A stretch of 62,980 bases of DNA, counting the filler, from Sphacelaria rigidula (taxonomy: Eukaryota): NCBI GenBank assembly GCA_964200075.2. It is 7 parts of 7 records of this genome, joined end to end, with 100 filler letters (N's around TTAATTAATTAA, not from the genome) between each part and the next. Parts side by side here need not be neighbours in the genome. Positions count along the whole stretch, not along the records: positions 54,071 to 62,980 come from CAXNAA020009775.1; 6 more parts are not named here. One strand, written 5' to 3'. This document shows, in pieces, positions 61,564 through 62,980 of this stretch. Under the pieces are notes generated by a model, which was not told where the DNA came from, made no database searches, and worked only from the letters and a program-made list of their open reading frames with translations. Positions within the stretch are counted from its first letter, which is position 1, and each line of letters starts with the position of its first letter. A program made the position numbers and the translations under genes.

Positions 61564-62980
61564 TCCTGCAATATCCGACAGCATTCGTTCATGTTCGTAT
61601 AGAATCGGTTCTCTTGTCTTGTGATTGCACGAAAACGGGGACTATTGTGGAGCCTATCAGTGGTGGATGTGTCATTTTTATGATAAGGAGTAGGGTGTAC
61701 TGTTATGGCTTGATGTAGGTTCAGCTGTTGATATGCTCGCCGCTGTTTCGTTTTTCCTTGTGTGAAGTTTTTCTCGTGTTTTAGAGGTTCAGTGTTGGTG
61801 GGTCTGTTACGTTCGAGAGCACAGAATTACCGGTGTTCTGTCGCGATGAAGTATGCGGGAGTATGGATGTTTTATGTTGATGTGTGATGGTTTGTTTCTA
61901 TTCGTGTTACTGTAGTAAGGTTCGTATGTTCTCGTTGGGGGTATGTGCAACCTCTTTTGAAAGTTTCACGTGACGCCCTTTATGTCGCCAGCTAAGTCGT
62001 TCGCGCCTGTGCGTTTTGGCTGTGTCTCGTAGAGGGTCCGATCCGATGCTTCTGACAATGTACTTACTGCACTTGCGCGGTGACGATTTCGTTGACGATC
62101 TTCTATGCTGTTGCGGCACATGTACCACTACGCTGTCGCATGTCGTTTCACCCCAGGGCTTGTTATCAAATGGTACAGAGAAGGTAATGTAAGGGGGGGT
62201 GCACCGCGGTGCTTCGGTCGATATGTCGGCCGGTAGGGCCTTCTGTCATACGCTTTAGAGAAAGATTGTGGGGGAGAGTACAATACGGTGAGTGGGGAAT
62301 CGGCAATCGGGGAATATTCCGGGAGTGAGTTCGTAGTTTCCGGCAGCCACACCAACGTGTGCACATGGCGAGGAGATCGATATCGTCTTTCCCCGACCAT
62401 TTCGGTATGTGTCTACTGGCGGACCTCACAGCAACCTTCACGTCTAATACTCGTAGTTGTATTGTTTCTGTCTGTGTTGAGGCTAATGATGAGATGGTGG
62501 ATATTGCCACGGGTATTGCGGTGATCCCGTGTTATTTATTCTCGTTTATATACGCTGTACGCGTACCACGATCGGCGTCAACTCATTTGTTGTGTTATTC
62601 TAGTTATTGTGGTTGTGTTGTGGTTATTGGTTCAGTCGGTGTGCTTCCGAGTGCTTGAATATGCGGACGGATCACGAAGGGAATGATGACATCTATATCT
62701 TGATGAGGGGTAGTCTAGAAAAGGTGGGAGGAAACGCTTCATGACTGAGGTTGTGAATCGAATGTTCTCCGTGAGCGGTGGTTACAGGTCGGGGAGTGAC
62801 TTGTTTTATCAGTCGGGCCCTCTGTTCGCCCTGTCGCTACGAGCTGGGCCAGCCGAGAAGCGATTCTGCAGTTTGCAGGCCGATTATACGGCCAATACTT
62901 GGAGTTGGACCCTGAAATTTGGTATGGACAATGAGTAGAGCATACCTGAAAAAATTACTGGCGTACACAAGGGATTTTTT

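Overview
Eukaryotic, repeat-rich DNA with long introns and Gly/Ala/Ser-rich exons, most consistent with a brown alga or other stramenopile (inference). It is not one locus. Seven scaffolds of 8913, 8912, 8912, 8911, 8911, 8911 and 8910 bp are joined in descending size order by an artificial 100-bp linker (N44-TTAATTAATTAA-N44), so neighbours across linkers are unrelated. Contents by piece: (1) a decayed Helitron with Rep, an internally deleted PIF1 helicase and a C-terminal OTU-like protease region, preceded by a spliced Cys/His-rich gene; (2) the 3' exons of a SWAP/surp splicing factor; (3) a 63-bp tandem array, a 1.77-kb hAT-type element with an 8-bp TSD, and a degenerate APE-RT-CCHC LINE; (4) mL43 exon 1; (5) nine exons of UBR4/BIG; (6) three exons of an unknown gene; (7) the 3' exons, including a 22-nt microexon, of a BIRC6/UBE2Z/UBE2O-type E2 gene. 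The most interesting signal is a LINE and a ~305-bp SINE-like family that share a 3' terminal motif, end in poly(C) rather than poly(A), and have target-site duplications that begin with a C-run.
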